A stretch of 64,000 nt of DNA from Sphingomonadales bacterium (GCA_027483465.1 JAIXUQ010000108.1:49178-113177); one strand, 5' to 3'; positions 43,206-55,427 are shown, counted from the first letter of the stretch. Program-made: numbers and translations. Notes: generated by a model from the sequence alone, not told the origin.

Positions 43206-43633
43206 CCGCGATCCCCACCCCGCCCGACACCGGCCCGGCCGGTTCGCTGCCGCACAGCCTGGCGCAGCGCCGCATCATCCGTTTTGATCCCGGCCATGCC
43301 GTGATCGAATATGAAGTGCTGCCCGGCATGTGCCATTCCGGCGGCGTGGCCCAGGGCGGCTTTGTCACCGGCTGGATCGATGCCGCCATGGCCCATGCGG
43401 TGATGGCGCAGTTCGGCTTTGAGCGGGTGCCGATCAGCCTGGAACTCAAGGTCAGTTTCTTTGCGCCGGCCAATCCGGGCCGGGTGCTGGCGGAAGGCTG
43501 GATCGAACGCGCCGGGGGCCGCACCCTGTTCGCCGAAGGCCGGCTGACCACGCTGGATGGCAAGATCCTGGCCAAGGCCTCCAGCACGATCAGCCTGATC
43601 GATGCCGCCAAGGTGCGCGAAAAGATGGTGTGA
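43202..43633 (+). CDS. PaaI/hotdog-fold thioesterase family protein
   Basis: 143 aa. ...MCHSGGVAQGGFVTGWIDAAMAHAV... is the typical PaaI-type active-site segment. Confidence 0.7.
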   Translation: MTAIPTPPDTGPAGSLPHSLAQRRIIRFDPGHAVIEYEVLPGMCHSGGVAQGGFVTGWIDAAMAHAVMAQFGFERVPISLELKVSFFAPANPGRVLAEGWIERAGGRTLFAEGRLTTLDGKILAKASSTISLIDAAKVREKMV

Positions 43634-43638
43634 GGGGG

Positions 43639-44355
43639 CTATTCCGCATCCCGCAGATCGATGCGGATGCTCACCCAGGTGCCCACCAGATACTCGCCGT
43701 CCACCCGTGGTGGCTTCACGCGGAACTGCCAGGCGGCTTCCTGGACGGCATAGCCCAGGCCGGTGCCGGGGGTTTCGCCGATGGCACGGCAATCCTCCAC
43801 CCGGAAGCGCGGGGCGGTGCGGCAGGCGATCAGGCCATAGGCGCCGGGGCGGCCCTTGCCCTTGATGTAAAAGGCCAATTCGGCATCGGTGGGCTCGCGC
43901 TGCCATTCGGCGGCATAGAGTTTTGATCCATCCGGCGCCACACCCACCACCGGCGTGTTGGGCAGATTGGCACCGGCCACCTCCACCGCCGGCACCTGGG
44001 CCCGCTCGGTCTTCCGAAGATCAAAGCCCAGCAGCGCCGGATCACCGAAGCTCCATTTGGCCGGCGCCGCATCGGGCGCCTTCACAATGGCTTCGGGCTG
44101 CGGCGCGGCGCGCGGCGTGGGTGGGCGGACACGGGGTTGCACCTTGGGCTGGGCGCGCTCCGGCGTGGGGGCAGCGATGTTCACCGCCACCAGCGCATCC
44201 CGCCCCGGCCGGCCCTTGGGGCGCGGCGGCGCCAAAATGGCCAGGCCCAACAGCAATAACAGGTGCAGCACCACCACCACGCCCAGCACCGACACGCGGC
44301 GGCGGCCCGGCCACAGGCCGGCAGGGGCAAGGAACGAGGCGGTGGCGCTGGTCAT
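43639..44355 (-). CDS. TonB-like energy transducer
   Basis: 238 aa. An N-terminal TM helix (VLGVVVVLHLLLLLGLAIL) is followed by a Pro/Lys/Arg-rich spacer (PPRPKGRP...PKVQPRVRPPTPRAAPQPE) and a C-terminal ~90-aa domain. Confidence 0.6.
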   Translation of the reverse strand: MTSATASFLAPAGLWPGRRRVSVLGVVVVLHLLLLLGLAILAPPRPKGRPGRDALVAVNIAAPTPERAQPKVQPRVRPPTPRAAPQPEAIVKAPDAAPAKWSFGDPALLGFDLRKTERAQVPAVEVAGANLPNTPVVGVAPDGSKLYAAEWQREPTDAELAFYIKGKGRPGAYGLIACRTAPRFRVEDCRAIGETPGTGLGYAVQEAAWQFRVKPPRVDGEYLVGTWVSIRIDLRDAE

Positions 44356-44401
44356 GGCAAGACGGCTGAGCGCCGTCGATACGGTGCCGGCGCTGCCCCT
44401 G

Positions 44402-47011
44402 CTAGTCCAGATTTGGCCGCAGCAACTGCACGGCGCGTTCGCGGCTCACGCCCAGCCGGCCGGCATAATCCTCCAGCTGGTCCTCACCCACCCGGGCCAC
44501 GCCGAAATAGGCGCTTTCGGGATGGGCGAAGTAGAAGCCCGACACGGCCGCCGTGGGCAGCATGGCGAAACTGTCGGTGAGCGTGATGCCGGCGCGGGCT
44601 TCCACCTGCATCAGATCGAACAGGCGGCGCTTCAGGCTGTGCTCCGGGCAGGCGGGATAGCCGGGGGCCGGGCGGATGCCGGTGTAGCGCTCGCGGATCA
44701 GATCCTCGTTTGACATCCTGTTGCCCTGTTCATGGCCCCAGATCTCGCGCCGCACCCGCTCATGCAGATATTCGGCAAAGGCCTCGGCCAACCGGTCAGC
44801 CAGCGCCTTCAGCAGAATGTCGTTGTAATCATCATGGGCAGCCTTGAAGCGGGCGAGCTGCGCGTCAATCCCCTCACCGGCCTGCACGGCAAAGCCGCCC
44901 AGCCAATCGGCTTTCGGGTGGATGAAATCGGCCAGGCACATGTTGGCACGGCCGTCACGCTTGGCGATCTGCTGGCGCAGGAAGGGCAGCCGGGCGATGG
45001 CCGCGGTGCGGCTTTCGTCGCCGAACAGCACGACATCGTCGCCCTCGCGCCGTGCTGGCCAAATGGCGATCACGCCCTTGGGCCGCAGCCAGTCTTCGGC
45101 CACGATCGTCTTCAGCATGGCCTGCGCATCGGCATAAAGGCTGGTGGCGCTCGCCCCCACCACCTCGTCGGTGAGTATGGCCGGATAATTGCCGTGGAGT
45201 TCCCAGGCCCGGAAAAACGGCGTCCAGTCGATATAGGGGATCAGCGTCTCCACCGTCACATCGTCGATCGTCATCGTGCCGGTGAAGGCCGGCTGCACCG
45301 GCGGATGGGTGATGAAATCGGTGGGGAAGCCATTGTCACGCGCCTGTTCCAGCGGCACCAGCGCCGATTGCGCCCCGCCGGCACGGGCCACGCGGATCTT
45401 TTCATATTCGGCCGCGGTCTCGGCCACGAATTGATCGCGCAGCGTGTCGCTGACCAGCGTGCCGGCCACGCCCACCGCACGGCTGGCATCCAGCACATGC
45501 ACCACCGGGCCGGCATAGGCCGGCTCGATGCGCAGCGCCGTGTGGACCCGGCTGGTGGTGGCACCACCGATCAGCAGCGGCATGGTCATGCCGGCCCGCT
45601 GCATCTCGCTGGCCACATGCACCATTTCATCAAGGCTGGGGGTGATCAGGCCCGAAAGGCCGATCATGTCAGCCTGGTGCTGGCGGGCGGCATCCAGGAT
45701 GGTCTGCGCTGGCACCATCACGCCCAGATCGATCACCTCGAAATTGTTGCACTGAAGCACGACGCCAACGATGTTCTTGCCGATATCGTGCACATCGCCC
45801 TTCACCGTGGCCATGATGATGCGGCCCTTGGACGATGCGCCGACCTGCTTTTCCGCCTCGATATAGGGCAGCAGGATGGCCACCGCCTTCTTCATCACCC
45901 GGGCGGATTTCACCACCTGAGGCAGGAACATCTTGCCGGCGCCAAACAGATCGCCCACCACGTTCATGCCGGCCATCAATGGGCCTTCGATCACCTCGAT
46001 CGGGCGGGCGAACTGGTGGCGGGCTTCCTCGGTATCGGCCTCAACAAAGGCATCGATGCCCTTCACCAGCGCATGTTCCAGCCGCTTTTCCACCGGCCAG
46101 CCGCGCCACTCCTCGGCTGCCGGGTCTGCTGCCTTGGCCGGCCCGCCCTTGAACCGGTCAGCCGCGGCCAGCAGCCGGTCGGTCGCGTCGGCGCGGCGGT
46201 TGAGCACCACCTCCTCGCACAGATCGCGCAGTTCAGGATCGATGGCATCATAGACATCAAGCTGCCCGGCGTTGACGATGCCCATGTCCATCCCGGCGGC
46301 GATGGCGTGATAGAGGAACACCGAGTGCATCGCCCGGCGCACGGGTTCGTTGCCGCGGAAACTGAACGACAGGTTGGAAACGCCGCCCGAAATATGGGCA
46401 TGCGGGCAGCGGCGGCGGATTTCGGCGCAGGCCTCGATGAAATCCACCCCGTAATTATTGTGCTCCTCGATCCCGGTGGCCACCGCAAAGATGTTGGGAT
46501 CAAAGATGATGTCTTCCGGCGGGAAGCCGATGCCGGTGAGCAGGCGATAGGCGCGCTCGCAAATCTCGATCTTGCGCGCCGCCGTGTCGGCCTGGCCGAT
46601 CTCGTCAAAGGCCATCACCACCACCGCTGCGCCATAGCGCAGGCACAGCCGGGCCTGTTCGAGGAAGGCGGCTTCGCCCTCCTTCATGCTGATGGAATTG
46701 ACAATGCCCTTGCCGGCCAGACATTTGAGGCCAGCCTCGATCACGCTCCATTTCGAGCTGTCAACCATCACCGGCACCCGGGCGATATCGGGTTCGGCGG
46801 CGATCAGGTTGAGGAAGGTGACCATGGCCGTCTCGCTGTCGAGCAGGCCTTCATCCATGTTGACATCGATGATCTGGGCGCCGTTTTCCACCTGCTGGCG
46901 GGCCACCTCCACGGCGGCGGTATAGTCACCGGCCAGGATCAGCTTCTTGAAGGCGGCCGAACCGGTGACGTTGGTGCGCTCACCGATGTTGATGAAACTG
47001 GCGCTGGTCAT
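44402..47011 (-). CDS. metH: Cobalamin-dependent methionine synthase, pterin-binding + B12-binding + AdoMet-activation modules (split MetH, large subunit)
   Basis: 869 aa. It starts directly with the pterin domain [19 protein letters not shown]. The B12 module is ...[23 protein letters not shown] (DxHxxG). A C-terminal activation domain is present. The Hcy-binding domain is absent and is encoded by the upstream gene. Confidence 0.9.
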   Translation of the reverse strand: MTSASFINIGERTNVTGSAAFKKLILAGDYTAAVEVARQQVENGAQIIDVNMDEGLLDSETAMVTFLNLIAAEPDIARVPVMVDSSKWSVIEAGLKCLAGKGIVNSISMKEGEAAFLEQARLCLRYGAAVVVMAFDEIGQADTAARKIEICERAYRLLTGIGFPPEDIIFDPNIFAVATGIEEHNNYGVDFIEACAEIRRRCPHAHISGGVSNLSFSFRGNEPVRRAMHSVFLYHAIAAGMDMGIVNAGQLDVYDAIDPELRDLCEEVVLNRRADATDRLLAAADRFKGGPAKAADPAAEEWRGWPVEKRLEHALVKGIDAFVEADTEEARHQFARPIEVIEGPLMAGMNVVGDLFGAGKMFLPQVVKSARVMKKAVAILLPYIEAEKQVGASSKGRIIMATVKGDVHDIGKNIVGVVLQCNNFEVIDLGVMVPAQTILDAARQHQADMIGLSGLITPSLDEMVHVASEMQRAGMTMPLLIGGATTSRVHTALRIEPAYAGPVVHVLDASRAVGVAGTLVSDTLRDQFVAETAAEYEKIRVARAGGAQSALVPLEQARDNGFPTDFITHPPVQPAFTGTMTIDDVTVETLIPYIDWTPFFRAWELHGNYPAILTDEVVGASATSLYADAQAMLKTIVAEDWLRPKGVIAIWPARREGDDVVLFGDESRTAAIARLPFLRQQIAKRDGRANMCLADFIHPKADWLGGFAVQAGEGIDAQLARFKAAHDDYNDILLKALADRLAEAFAEYLHERVRREIWGHEQGNRMSNEDLIRERYTGIRPAPGYPACPEHSLKRRLFDLMQVEARAGITLTDSFAMLPTAAVSGFYFAHPESAYFGVARVGEDQLEDYAGRLGVSRERAVQLLRPNLD

Positions 47012-48057
47012 GCGGCAAACCTGTGGGCTTCAAGGCCAGAGAGGCGCAGCGCCGGTTCCGGCTGCGGGATTGTGCGGGCGGGCAGGCCCGCCACCTGGCG
47101 GGCCATGGCGGCGATGTGATCGGGGGTGTTGCCACAGCAGCCACCCACAATGTTGACCAAGCCTTCATCGGCCCAGCCGCGGATCAGCCCGGCGGTGGTT
47201 TCCGGCAGTTCGTCATAGGCGCCCAGATCATTGGGCAAGCCGGCGTTGGGATAGGTCATCAGCAGCGTATCGGCCACCTTGGCCAGCGCCTGCACGTGCG
47301 GGCGCAATTCGGTGGCCCCGAACGAGCAGTTCAGCCCCACCGCCACCGGCTTCACATGGGCGATCGAATGCCAGAAGGCTTCCACCGTCTGCCCCGAAAG
47401 ATTGCGGCCCGACAAATCGGTCAGCGTCATCGAGAGCATCACCGGCACGGGCGCGCCGCGCGCATCGCCGGCTTCGGCCGCGGCAAAGGCGGCGGCCTTG
47501 GCGTTCAGCGTGTCGAACACGGTTTCGATCAGGATGAAATCCACCCCACCATCCAACAGCGCATCAATCTGCTCGCGATACACGTCCTTCACCTGATCGA
47601 AGGTCACTTCGCGATAGCCGGGATCGGACACGCGCGGGCTGAGCGACAAGGTCTTGTTGGTCGGGCCAAGGCTGCCGGCCACCCAGCGCGGCTTGCCATC
47701 CAGGGCGGTGGCGGCGTCCACGCAGTCGCGGATGATACGCGCGGCGGCCAGATTGATCTCGCGCACCCGGTCCTCCAGGCCGTAATCGGCCTGGCTGATG
47801 CGGTTGGCGTTGAAACTGTTGGTGGCCAGAAGATCGGCCCCGGCCGCGATATAGGCATTGCAGATGCCGGCGATCGCCTGCGGCTGGGTGAGGTTCAACA
47901 GGTCGTTGTTGCCCTTCTGATCATGGTTGCTGGCGATGTGGCCGGCATAATCGGCCGCGTTCAGGCCCAGCTTCTGGATGGCAGTGCCATAGGGCCCGTC
48001 CTTCACCAGGATACGGGCGGCAGCGGCGGCGCGGAAGGCCTCGGTTGCGTTGGTCAT
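47008..48057 (-). CDS. Homocysteine S-methyltransferase domain protein (split MetH, small subunit)
   Basis: 349 aa from ATG 48057. ...[13 protein letters not shown]...LNLTQPQAI...NSFNANR...[10 protein letters not shown]...[12 protein letters not shown] are the Zn/Hcy-binding motifs. ATGA overlap with metH. Confidence 0.85.
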   Translation of the reverse strand: MTNATEAFRAAAAARILVKDGPYGTAIQKLGLNAADYAGHIASNHDQKGNNDLLNLTQPQAIAGICNAYIAAGADLLATNSFNANRISQADYGLEDRVREINLAAARIIRDCVDAATALDGKPRWVAGSLGPTNKTLSLSPRVSDPGYREVTFDQVKDVYREQIDALLDGGVDFILIETVFDTLNAKAAAFAAAEAGDARGAPVPVMLSMTLTDLSGRNLSGQTVEAFWHSIAHVKPVAVGLNCSFGATELRPHVQALAKVADTLLMTYPNAGLPNDLGAYDELPETTAGLIRGWADEGLVNIVGGCCGNTPDHIAAMARQVAGLPARTIPQPEPALRLSGLEAHRFAA

Positions 48058-49013
48058 GCGATCACCTGTTCGGCCGGCCGCACACCCAGAAGATGGCAGA
48101 TGGCATAGGAAAGCTCGGCGCGGTTGAGCGTGTAGAAATGGAAATGCCGCACACCGCCGGCATAAAGGCGGCGGGCCAGTTCGGCGGCCACGGTCGCCGC
48201 CACCAGCTGGCGGGCGGCGGGCTTGTCGTCCAGCCCTTCGAACAGGGTGGCCATCCAGCCGGGCAGCGCCGTGCCGCAACTGGCCGCCATGCGCTTCAGA
48301 TTGGCAAAATTGCTGACCGGCAGGATGCCCGGTACCAGTTCGATCGACAGGCCGGCCGCCGCAACCTTGTCGCGGAAGCGGAAGAACAGGTCAGGCTCGA
48401 AGAAGAACTGGCTGATCGCCCGGCTGGCACCGGCGTCAATCTTGGCCTTCAGGGCCGCCAGATCGGCCGCGGCGTTGCCGGCTTCGGGGTGCACCTCGGG
48501 ATAGCAGCTCACCGACACCTCGAAGTCATGCCGGCGCTTGAGCGCGGCGACCAGTTCGGCGGCGCTGGCATGGCCGCCGGGCACCGGCTGGAAACGTGCC
48601 GGGCCGCCGGCGGGATCAGCCGGCGGATCGCCGCGCAGCGCCACGATATGGCGCACGCCGGCCGCCCAATAGTCATCGGCGATCACGTCAAGCTCGGCAG
48701 CTGTCGCATTCACGCAGGTGAGATGGGCGGCAGCCGGCACCGGGGTGTCCTGCGCGATGCGCGCCACCGTGGCATGGGTGCGTTCCCGCGTGGATCCACC
48801 GGCGCCATAGGTCACCGAAAAAAAGCGCGGCTGCAGCGGCACCAGCGTTTCCACCGCCTGCCACAGGCTTTCCTGCATGGCCGGCGTCTTGGGCGGGAAA
48901 AACTCAAAGCTCACCTGCAGATCCCCGGGCAGATCGGCAAACAGCGGGCCGTTCAGGGCGCGCGCCGCCTCGGCCATCTGGCTCAATGTCAACATCGGTG
49001 CAGTCGCGGTCAT
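48054..49013 (-). CDS. metF: 5,10-methylenetetrahydrofolate reductase
   Basis: VSFEFFPPKTPAMQESL...FFSVTYGAGGSTRERT...HLTCV. ATG 49013 forms an ATGA overlap with the upstream gene. The ORF track allows a start at 49034. Confidence 0.9.
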   Translation of the reverse strand: MTATAPMLTLSQMAEAARALNGPLFADLPGDLQVSFEFFPPKTPAMQESLWQAVETLVPLQPRFFSVTYGAGGSTRERTHATVARIAQDTPVPAAAHLTCVNATAAELDVIADDYWAAGVRHIVALRGDPPADPAGGPARFQPVPGGHASAAELVAALKRRHDFEVSVSCYPEVHPEAGNAAADLAALKAKIDAGASRAISQFFFEPDLFFRFRDKVAAAGLSIELVPGILPVSNFANLKRMAASCGTALPGWMATLFEGLDDKPAARQLVAATVAAELARRLYAGGVRHFHFYTLNRAELSYAICHLLGVRPAEQVIA

Positions 49014-49960
49014 GGCCGCTTTTCTCCCAACCACAGGGTCACTCCCAATTGTCCCGGCGCCTCGGCCGGCAATTGCCGGGCCACCTGGCCCGTGCAGCCC
49101 GCCGCATCCAGCCAGCCCAGCACGGCGGCGTCGGCAAAGCCCAGGCGCATGTGCCGGCGCTCCTCGCGCAGCACATCGCGATCATGCGGCATCAGATCCA
49201 CCACCAGCAGCCGGCCGCCAGGGCGCAGCACCCGCGCCGCTTCCGACAGCACGGCCGCCGGATCATCGGCGAAATGCAGCACCTGGTGCAGCACAATCGT
49301 ATCGGCCGCCGCGGTTGGCAGCGGCAGCGCATACATGTCTCCCACCTGCACGCGGGCGCGGGCCAGGCCCGCAGCCTCCAGCCGGTTGCGCGCGATGCGC
49401 AGCATTTCGGGTGACCGGTCCAGTCCCAGGGCCGTGCCGGCCTGGCCGCCCAGCAATTCGATCATCCGCCCGGTGCCGGTGCCCACATCGATAAGATCGC
49501 CCAGCCGGGCTTCGGGGCCACCCAGGGCGGCCACGATCGCCGCCTCCACGCCAGCCTCGCGGCTGTAGAGCGCGCGCTCCTGCTCCCATTCGGCGGCATG
49601 GTCGTTGAACCAGCTCTGCACCGCCGCCCGCCGCTCGGCACGCACCACGGCCAGCCGGTCACGGTCGCTGGCGCCGGGATCATCCGCTGCAAGTGCATCG
49701 ATCGCCGCCAGCACCGGGGTCGTCACCGCCGCCGGGCCCAGCCGCACAAACACCCAGGCGCCTTCCTTGACCCGCTCCACCAACCCGGCCTCAGCCAGGA
49801 TGCGCAGATGGCGGGACACACGCGGCTGGCTCTGCTGAAGCACGCGGGCAATCTCGCCCACGGCCAGATCAAGCCCGCGCACCAGCAGCAGGATGCGCAG
49901 CCGGCTGGGATCACCCAGAGCACGGAAGATGGCGAGAAGGCTCTCCATTGCCATTGCCAT
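49010..49960 (-). CDS. ArsR/SmtB-family HTH fused to a class I SAM-dependent methyltransferase domain
   Basis: 316 aa. The ArsR HTH is FRALGDPSRLRILLLV...VGEIARVLQQSQPRVSRHLRILAEAGLV. SAM motif I is LIDVGTGTGRMIELL. The first gene of the met operon. Confidence 0.8.
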   Translation of the reverse strand: MAMAMESLLAIFRALGDPSRLRILLLVRGLDLAVGEIARVLQQSQPRVSRHLRILAEAGLVERVKEGAWVFVRLGPAAVTTPVLAAIDALAADDPGASDRDRLAVVRAERRAAVQSWFNDHAAEWEQERALYSREAGVEAAIVAALGGPEARLGDLIDVGTGTGRMIELLGGQAGTALGLDRSPEMLRIARNRLEAAGLARARVQVGDMYALPLPTAAADTIVLHQVLHFADDPAAVLSEAARVLRPGGRLLVVDLMPHDRDVLREERRHMRLGFADAAVLGWLDAAGCTGQVARQLPAEAPGQLGVTLWLGEKRP

Positions 49961-49978
49961 ATAAAGTTCCCTTTATAT
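49959..49978. promoter_or_regulatory. AT-rich perfect inverted repeat ATATAAAG-ttcc-CTTTATAT; candidate operator
   Basis: Read directly. It overlaps or abuts the first of three possible ATG starts of the ArsR-MTase gene, in a 61-nt divergent intergenic region of an otherwise GC-rich locus. Confidence 0.35.
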
Positions 49979-50021
49979 CCGTCAAGCGACTTGGCGTCGC
50001 GATTGCACCGCCGCCGCGCCC

Positions 50022-50795
50022 GTGCCAATCAGGGCCATGATCCGCTCGGTCTCATGCGTGCTCATGCTGCTGCTGGCCGGCTGCGTCACCACCGGCAGCA
50101 CCGATCTTTCGCGGGCCGAGGCTGACCCGTGGGAGAAATCCAACCGCCGCATCTTTGCCTTCAACAAACGGCTGGATCGCTGGGTGGTGAAGCCGGTGGC
50201 CAGCGGTTATCGCGCGGTGGTGCCCAAACCGGCGCGCACCGCGGTTGCCAATGCCTATGGCAATTATGGCGAGCCGGCCAATTTCGCCAACAGCCTGTTG
50301 CAGGGCAAGATTGCCCAGGCCTTCCGCACGCTTGATCGCTTCATCCTGAACACCACGCTGGGCGTGGCCGGCGTGGCCGATGTCGCCACCGATCTCGGCC
50401 GCCCGCGCGAGCCGGAGGATTTCGGCCAGACGCTGGCGCGCTGGGGGGTGAAATCCGGCCCCTATCTGGTGCTGCCGCTGTTCGGCCCCTCCACCCTGCG
50501 CGATGGCCTGATGACGCCGGTGGATTTCTTCGTCGATCCGGCCGATTTCACCCGCAACGCCTGGCTTTCGCCCGGCTGGGACGTGCGGATCGGCATGTCG
50601 GCCGGGCGCATCGTCAATTTCCGCAACACGCTGATCGAAACCGGGGCCGACAAATTGCTGGCCGACAGCCTGGATGATTATGCCCTTGCCCGGTCGGCCT
50701 ATCTGCAGCGGCGGCGCCTGCAGTTGCTGGATGGCAATCTGCCGGCCGAAGCCGATCCCTTTGCCGATCCGGCCGAGGAACCGCCTAAGCCCTGA
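50022..50795 (+). CDS. mlaA: MlaA/VacJ-family outer-membrane lipoprotein
   Basis: 257 aa. The lipobox is MLLLAGC. ...NRRIFAFNKRLDRWVVKPVASGYRAVVP...NFANSLLQGK...GPYLVLPLFGPSTLRD are typical MlaA blocks. Confidence 0.85.
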   Translation: MPIRAMIRSVSCVLMLLLAGCVTTGSTDLSRAEADPWEKSNRRIFAFNKRLDRWVVKPVASGYRAVVPKPARTAVANAYGNYGEPANFANSLLQGKIAQAFRTLDRFILNTTLGVAGVADVATDLGRPREPEDFGQTLARWGVKSGPYLVLPLFGPSTLRDGLMTPVDFFVDPADFTRNAWLSPGWDVRIGMSAGRIVNFRNTLIETGADKLLADSLDDYALARSAYLQRRRLQLLDGNLPAEADPFADPAEEPPKP

Positions 50796-51414
50796 TGGCG
50801 CTGCCCATGACCAGCGGGGTCAACCGCTTGAGCGCGCCAAAGGCCCGCTCCTCCTCCTGAACCGGCATCGGATCGAGCCGGAACCCGGCTGCCGCCACCA
50901 GGTGGGCCGTCGGCCGGTTGAGGTTGCAGCCCACGCCCACCACCCGCTGCACCGGGTTCAGCCGCTGCTGCCAACGCTGCCGCTGCGGATCGTCCGACAG
51001 CACATGCTCCATGAACAGAAAGGCCCCGCCGGACCGCAGCACCCGCCGCACCTCGGCCAGCACCTGGCCAACATCCTGCACCGAACACAGGGTGAGGCAG
51101 CAGACCACCGTATCAAAGCTGGCAGCGGCAAATGGCAGTTGTTCGCCCGCACCGGGCACCGATCGGATCGGCACCGGCGCGGCGGCCAGATGCGCGGCCG
51201 CGCGCCGGTTCATGCCGTCGGAGGGCTCCACCACCGTCAGGCTGGTCACCGTGGCCGGGTCATAGAAGGGCAGGGTTGCCCCCGAACCGAAGCCGATCTC
51301 CAGCACCTCGCCGCTGGCGCCGCCCACGAGCGCTTGCCGCCGCCGCATGATGTTGGGGTGGCCCAAAGCCTTGTCGAGCAGCCAGGGGAAGATGGTTTCG
51401 GAATAAAGGCCCAT
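50785..51414 (-). CDS. Class I SAM-dependent methyltransferase
   Basis: 209 aa from ATG 51414. Motif I is VLEIGFGSGATL. ...FDTVVCCLTLCSV...LRSGGAFLFMEHV follows. Confidence 0.75.
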   Translation of the reverse strand: MGLYSETIFPWLLDKALGHPNIMRRRQALVGGASGEVLEIGFGSGATLPFYDPATVTSLTVVEPSDGMNRRAAAHLAAAPVPIRSVPGAGEQLPFAAASFDTVVCCLTLCSVQDVGQVLAEVRRVLRSGGAFLFMEHVLSDDPQRQRWQQRLNPVQRVVGVGCNLNRPTAHLVAAAGFRLDPMPVQEEERAFGALKRLTPLVMGSAIRA

Positions 51415-51470
51415 GGCGCGGATGGTGCCATGGGCTTGGCGCGGCGGCCAGTGCTGGTTATCGTCAGGAC

Positions 51471-51611
51471 ATGCGCTGGTTGCTGCCCCTTTTGCTGATG
51501 CTCTCGGCCTGCTCGAAGGAAACCGAAGCGCCGGCCGGCAATCAGCAGGCGGTGATCGACAAGGCCGATGCCGATGTGCAGGCGGCAGAGGCCGAGGCGG
51601 CAAAGCCTTGA
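51471..51611 (+). CDS. Possible small lipoprotein (46 aa)
   Basis: Too short for the ORF track. It reads MRWLLPLLLMLSAC|SKETEAPAGNQQAVIDKADADVQAAEAEAAKP*, with a lipobox LSAC after a short hydrophobic leader. No strong RBS. Confidence 0.35.
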   Translation: MRWLLPLLLMLSACSKETEAPAGNQQAVIDKADADVQAAEAEAAKP

Positions 51612-51681
51612 CCCTGGGCCTGGTTGGCGTCCGGCGGGAGAAGCAGGGCATGCGTGGCATCGCCGCGCGGTGAGACGAATC

Positions 51682-51710
51682 AAAAAGGGGCGGCTGTCAG
51701 GCCGCCCCTT
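51682..51710 (-). terminator. Rho-independent terminator after groEL
   Basis: Minus strand: AAGGGGCGGC-ctgaca-GCCGCCCCTT followed by a T run. A second 13-bp GC hairpin (51737-51766) sits directly after the groEL stop. Confidence 0.7.
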
Positions 51711-51773
51711 GTCGTTCGTTGGCCGGATTTCGATGAGGCTGGCGGCAGCGTCGGCTGCCGCCAGCCAACCGGA

Positions 51774-53450
<1,677 letters not shown>

Positions 53451-53473
53451 TCAAGCAGTCCCGGCGGTGTGGA

Positions 53474-53761
53474 TCAGCCCACGATGCCCAGGATGTCGCT
53501 TTCCTTCATGATCAGCAGGTCTTCACCGTTCAGCTTGACTTCGGTGCCCGACCACTTGCCGAACAGGATGCGATCGCCAGCCTTCACCTCCAGCGGGGTG
53601 ACAGTGCCGTTGTCAGCGCGCGCACCGGTGCCCACGGCCACCACTTCGCCTTCCTGCGGCTTTTCCTTGGCGGTGTCGGGGATGATGATGCCGCCGGCGG
53701 TCTTTTCCTCGGCAGCGACGCGGCGCACCAGCACGCGGTCATGAAGCGGACGGAATGCCAT
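53474..53761 (-). CDS. groES: Co-chaperonin GroES
   Basis: 95 aa from ATG 53761. [44 protein letters not shown]... Confidence 0.95.
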   Translation of the reverse strand: MAFRPLHDRVLVRRVAAEEKTAGGIIIPDTAKEKPQEGEVVAVGTGARADNGTVTPLEVKAGDRILFGKWSGTEVKLNGEDLLIMKESDILGIVG

Positions 53762-53798
53762 TGCTTTGCCTCTTCCTGATGGATGAATTTCGATGCTG

Positions 53799-53825
53799 TT
53801 GGCACTCAACATGGGTGAGTGCCAG
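53799..53825. promoter_or_regulatory. CIRCE element (HrcA operator) upstream of groES
   Basis: TTGGCACTC-aacatgggt-GAGTGCCAG compared with the consensus TTAGCACTC-n9-GAGTGCTAA. It lies 38 nt upstream of the groES ATG. Confidence 0.8.
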
Positions 53826-53953
53826 CAGTGAGGGCCATATGGGTGCCCGCATCCGGCCCGTCAAGGCGGCAGCGCGGCGGGTGCGGCAAATTTTTTCGCC
53901 ACCCACTGCCCCCGCGTCGGTTGCTGGACAGGCCATGCCCGGCTTGTCACAAC

Positions 53954-55423
53954 ATGGTCATGCTGTTCAGCCCTTCCGTGTCGCGTGCCCTGGCGGCTGC
54001 GCTGTGCCTGGCCCTGGTGTCGTGCGGCGGCGGTGGCGGTGGTGGCCCGGTGGCGGTGGCGCCAACCCCCACCCCATCCCCCACCCCCACGCCAACCCCC
54101 GGGGCCACCTGTTCCCTGCGCGATCGGCAATTGTGGGCCGAGGCCCAGTTGCGCGAATGGTATCTGTTCCCCGCCGATCTGCCGGCCAGCCTTGATCCGG
54201 CGCCCTATGCCACGGTGCAGGCCTATATCGATGCGCTCACCGCCACGGCGCGCGCCGCCGGGCGTGACCGGTTCTTCACCGCCATCACCTCGATTGCCGA
54301 GGAGAATGCCTTTTTCGCCCAAGGGCAAACCGCAGCCTTCGGCATCCGCATCAATTATGACAACGCCGCCCGCCGCGCGCAGGTGATCGACGCCTTTGAA
54401 TCTGGTCCGGCCTTTGCCGCCGGCCTTGATCGCAGCGCCGAACTGCTGGCCATCGGTGACAGCCCGGCCAGCCTGGTGAGCGTGACCGATCTGTTTGCCC
54501 GCGGCGGCAGCGCCGCCGTGTCAGACGCGCTGGGGCCGAGCGATGCCGGCATCACCCGCACCATCCAGTTTCGCCTGCGCGGCGAAACCCGCACCGCCAC
54601 CATCACCAAGACCATCTTCAACATCCCGCCGGTTTCGGAACGATTTGGCACGCAGCTGATCGATGACGGGGCCGGCGGGCGGATCGGCTATGTCAATCTG
54701 CGCAGTTTCATCTCCACGGCGGAAACCCCGCTGCGCGCCGCGTTCGCCCGGTTCCGCAGCGAGGGCGTGTCGCGGGTGATCATCGATGTGCGCTACAATG
54801 GCGGCGGGCTGGTGCGGATCGCCGAACTGATGGGCGATCTGATGGGCCGCAACCGCCAGGCCAGCGAGGTGTTCAGCTTCACCACCTTTCGCGCCAGCAA
54901 ATCGGCAGAGAATGAAACCCGCCTGTTCCGCAGCGCGCCCGAAAGCATCGCGCCCACCGGCCTTGCCTTCATCACCACCAGCGCCTCGGCTTCGGCCAGC
55001 GAACTGGTGGCCAATGCCATGCTGCCCTACACCCGCGGCGCCATCAGCCTGGTGGGGGCCAACACCAGCGGCAAGCCGGTGGGGCAGATCGCAATTGACC
55101 GGACCGCCTGCGACGACCGGCTGCGCATCGTGGCCTTCGCCACCGAGAATGCCGACCGGCAGGGCGATTATTTCAACGGCCTGGCCCCCGTGTTTGCCGC
55201 CCGCGGCGGGCGCACCTGTGCGGCCAGCGATGATTTCAGCCAGCCGATGGGCAGCGCCGCCGAAGCCTCCACCGGCCGTGCAGTCGCGACCCTGAAGGGC
55301 GAAGGCTGCGCAGCCATCGCCGGCACCGCCGGCACGCTGGCCGAACAATCCGTCGCGCTGCGCGGCCTGCTGAGCCCGGCCCATCCCACGGTGGCGCAGC
55401 GGGAGGTGCCGGGCCTTTATTGA
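53954..55423 (+). CDS. S41-family peptidase lipoprotein
   Basis: 489 aa from ATG 53954. The lipobox is LALVSCGG, followed by a Pro/Thr linker. ...VIIDVRYNGGGLVRIA... and ...FITTSASASASELVAN... are the S41 (C-terminal processing peptidase-like) motifs. Confidence 0.75.
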   Translation: MVMLFSPSVSRALAAALCLALVSCGGGGGGGPVAVAPTPTPSPTPTPTPGATCSLRDRQLWAEAQLREWYLFPADLPASLDPAPYATVQAYIDALTATARAAGRDRFFTAITSIAEENAFFAQGQTAAFGIRINYDNAARRAQVIDAFESGPAFAAGLDRSAELLAIGDSPASLVSVTDLFARGGSAAVSDALGPSDAGITRTIQFRLRGETRTATITKTIFNIPPVSERFGTQLIDDGAGGRIGYVNLRSFISTAETPLRAAFARFRSEGVSRVIIDVRYNGGGLVRIAELMGDLMGRNRQASEVFSFTTFRASKSAENETRLFRSAPESIAPTGLAFITTSASASASELVANAMLPYTRGAISLVGANTSGKPVGQIAIDRTACDDRLRIVAFATENADRQGDYFNGLAPVFAARGGRTCAASDDFSQPMGSAAEASTGRAVATLKGEGCAAIAGTAGTLAEQSVALRGLLSPAHPTVAQREVPGLY

Positions 55424-55427
55424 GCGG

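Noticed and set aside
44732-47119. 795-aa plus-strand ORF
   Set aside because: It is antisense to metH, which has unmistakable motifs. Shadow ORF.
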